Shown: positions 62,691 through 64,000 of the stretch, piece after piece
Numbering within the stretch: position 1 is the first letter of the stretch
Layout of the letters: each line of letters starts with the position of its first letter
NCBI RefSeq assembly: GCF_018977255.1
Contig: NW_024704742.1
Span: 31,250,001-31,314,000, forward strand
Direction: 5' to 3'
Source: Callorhinchus milii
Taxonomy: Eukaryota
DNA: 64,000 nt
Program-made: the position numbers and the translations under genes
Notes under the pieces: generated by a model
What the model saw: only the letters and a program-made list of their open reading frames with translations
Database searches by the model: none
Told to the model about the DNA's origin: nothing

Positions 62691-63074
62691 CTTTTTTTTC
62701 TCATTAAAATCCACTTGCCCTTCCTTGGCCCAACCACATCATTTGTGCAGATATTTTCAGTGTTAATAGTGTCTCTATACAGTAGTTACCTGGGTACATA
62801 GCTTGTTCAGCCCTAATGATATCTACTAAATGTATCCTCCATATATTGTAGTAACATAACAGCAAGACCATTCATTCTTCTGCTGGTAGCACTCTCACTC
62901 TGAGTCAGAAGGTGGAAGGTTCAAGCTCCAAATTTACAAATCAGACTCTTTAAAGCCTTCGCAATACTGGAAGTTTAATTCCACTTAAAGTGCTTTTACG
63001 TGGTCACAAAGAAATATGGAACACCTCAAAACTGTATTCTTGGCCTTAAGACAATTGTCTTAACCTCTCCAATC

Positions 63075-63380
63075 AGCGGGCTCCGGCCTGCTCCATGTTT
63101 CCCGTCCGGCTCACCCACTATCGGCAGTCAGACCTTTAGCCTATCTGCCCCTACTCTATCCCACAGTCCCTTCGCCTCGCTCCCTCCCTTGCCTCCCTCA
63201 AGGCCTGTGTCAAGACCTTCCTCTTTGACCACGCCTTCAGTCACCTTCCTACCCATACTCTCCCTGCCCTTCACACCTACTGATCCCAACTCCCTGCTCA
63301 GGTCCAAATCCCTGACTGCCCAGTGCCTTGGGACATCCTTCTGAGGTGAAAGGCGCCATACAAATTAATTTATTGTTGTT
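63075..63380 (+). mobile_element. L2 3' end
   Basis: cccactatcggcagtcagacctttagcc...tcaagaccttcctctttgacc...gtgaaaggcgccatacaaat...ttgttgtt. Confidence 0.9.
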
Positions 63381-63469
63381 AACATTTAAGATTGTGCAAA
63401 ATATTGTAAAATTCTTATATTCTGATATTCTTATATCAGTTTCGATTTGGAAACAGACTATTTTTTAAT

Positions 63470-63577
63470 AATACTTTGGAAAACCGACTTCCAAATTTAA
63501 GAATTGTTGAGAGTTCTGCACAAGGATCGATGTTAAGATGACAGACTTAAGGCTAGGACCCTGAGAATTTCAGGCCT
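63470..63577 (-). mobile_element. Half copy of the 12401-12653 MITE family
   Basis: Reverse complement aggcctgaaattctcagggtcctagcct...ttcttaaatttggaagtcggttttcca matches the left arm of the 12401 MITE. Confidence 0.6.
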
Positions 63578-64000
63578 CGGGCTGTTTCAATGTGGGCAGG
63601 AAATAATTGCTGAAATCATGGTAATGGAAATTAACTAGCACATTGCGTCGAGGCACTAACGCTTGGAATAAATAGGGCTTTTTTAAAAAAAAGCTGTTGT
63701 CATGACGTCACTCTCCCCCCACCCCCCCACCAAAAGCAGGGGAGCACTGCCACCTTTTACCAGTCTTTATGCAGCACTAAAACAGAAATGTCAAAATATT
63801 GCCCCTCTTCTTTATTTTCCTATCTCACCATCATTTATTAACATTATCGCTTGATTTAACCCCAGTGCTGCTCAAGGTGGCAGACAAACAAGCGTCAGTA
63901 CTGTTGAAGCACTCTCAACATTCCTGCTTCTAGCTGGGCTGTTCAAACCTGCTAAGGAAACAGCTCTGGAAGGACCTCTGGCCTAAGCTTTTACCATATG

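Overview
Non-coding, repeat-rich vertebrate DNA. The repeat set (L2 and CR1 LINE 3' fragments, SacSINE1/Deu-type SINEs, a tRNA-Ala SINE with an (ATT)n tail, a Penelope-type palindromic terminus) points to a cartilaginous fish, possibly a holocephalan such as Callorhinchus; this is an inference. I found no credible host protein-coding exon: every ORF with recognisable motifs is a decayed L2 or CR1 ORF2 piece. Between the repeats lie repeat-free blocks rich in TAAT/TGACAG/SOX-type motifs that look like conserved non-coding enhancers of a large intron or gene desert; the host gene cannot be identified from this window. Most notable: (1) a 225-bp palindromic Penelope-derived insertion with a 14-bp target-site duplication and a hammerhead-like CUGAUGA...GAAA core (62347-62571); (2) a modular tRNA-Ala SINE with long and short forms sharing its 3' half with Deu-SINEs and its tail with L2; (3) an LF-SINE-like copy; (4) a Deu-SINE variant carrying a captured ~120-bp insert in two copies; (5) two unclassified hairpin-rich repeat families; (6) a U2 snRNA 5' fragment; (7) a very decayed L1-like relic. 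I did not find an intact novel multi-gene system. Family names rest on recalled consensus motifs, not database searches, and boundaries of decayed repeats are approximate.
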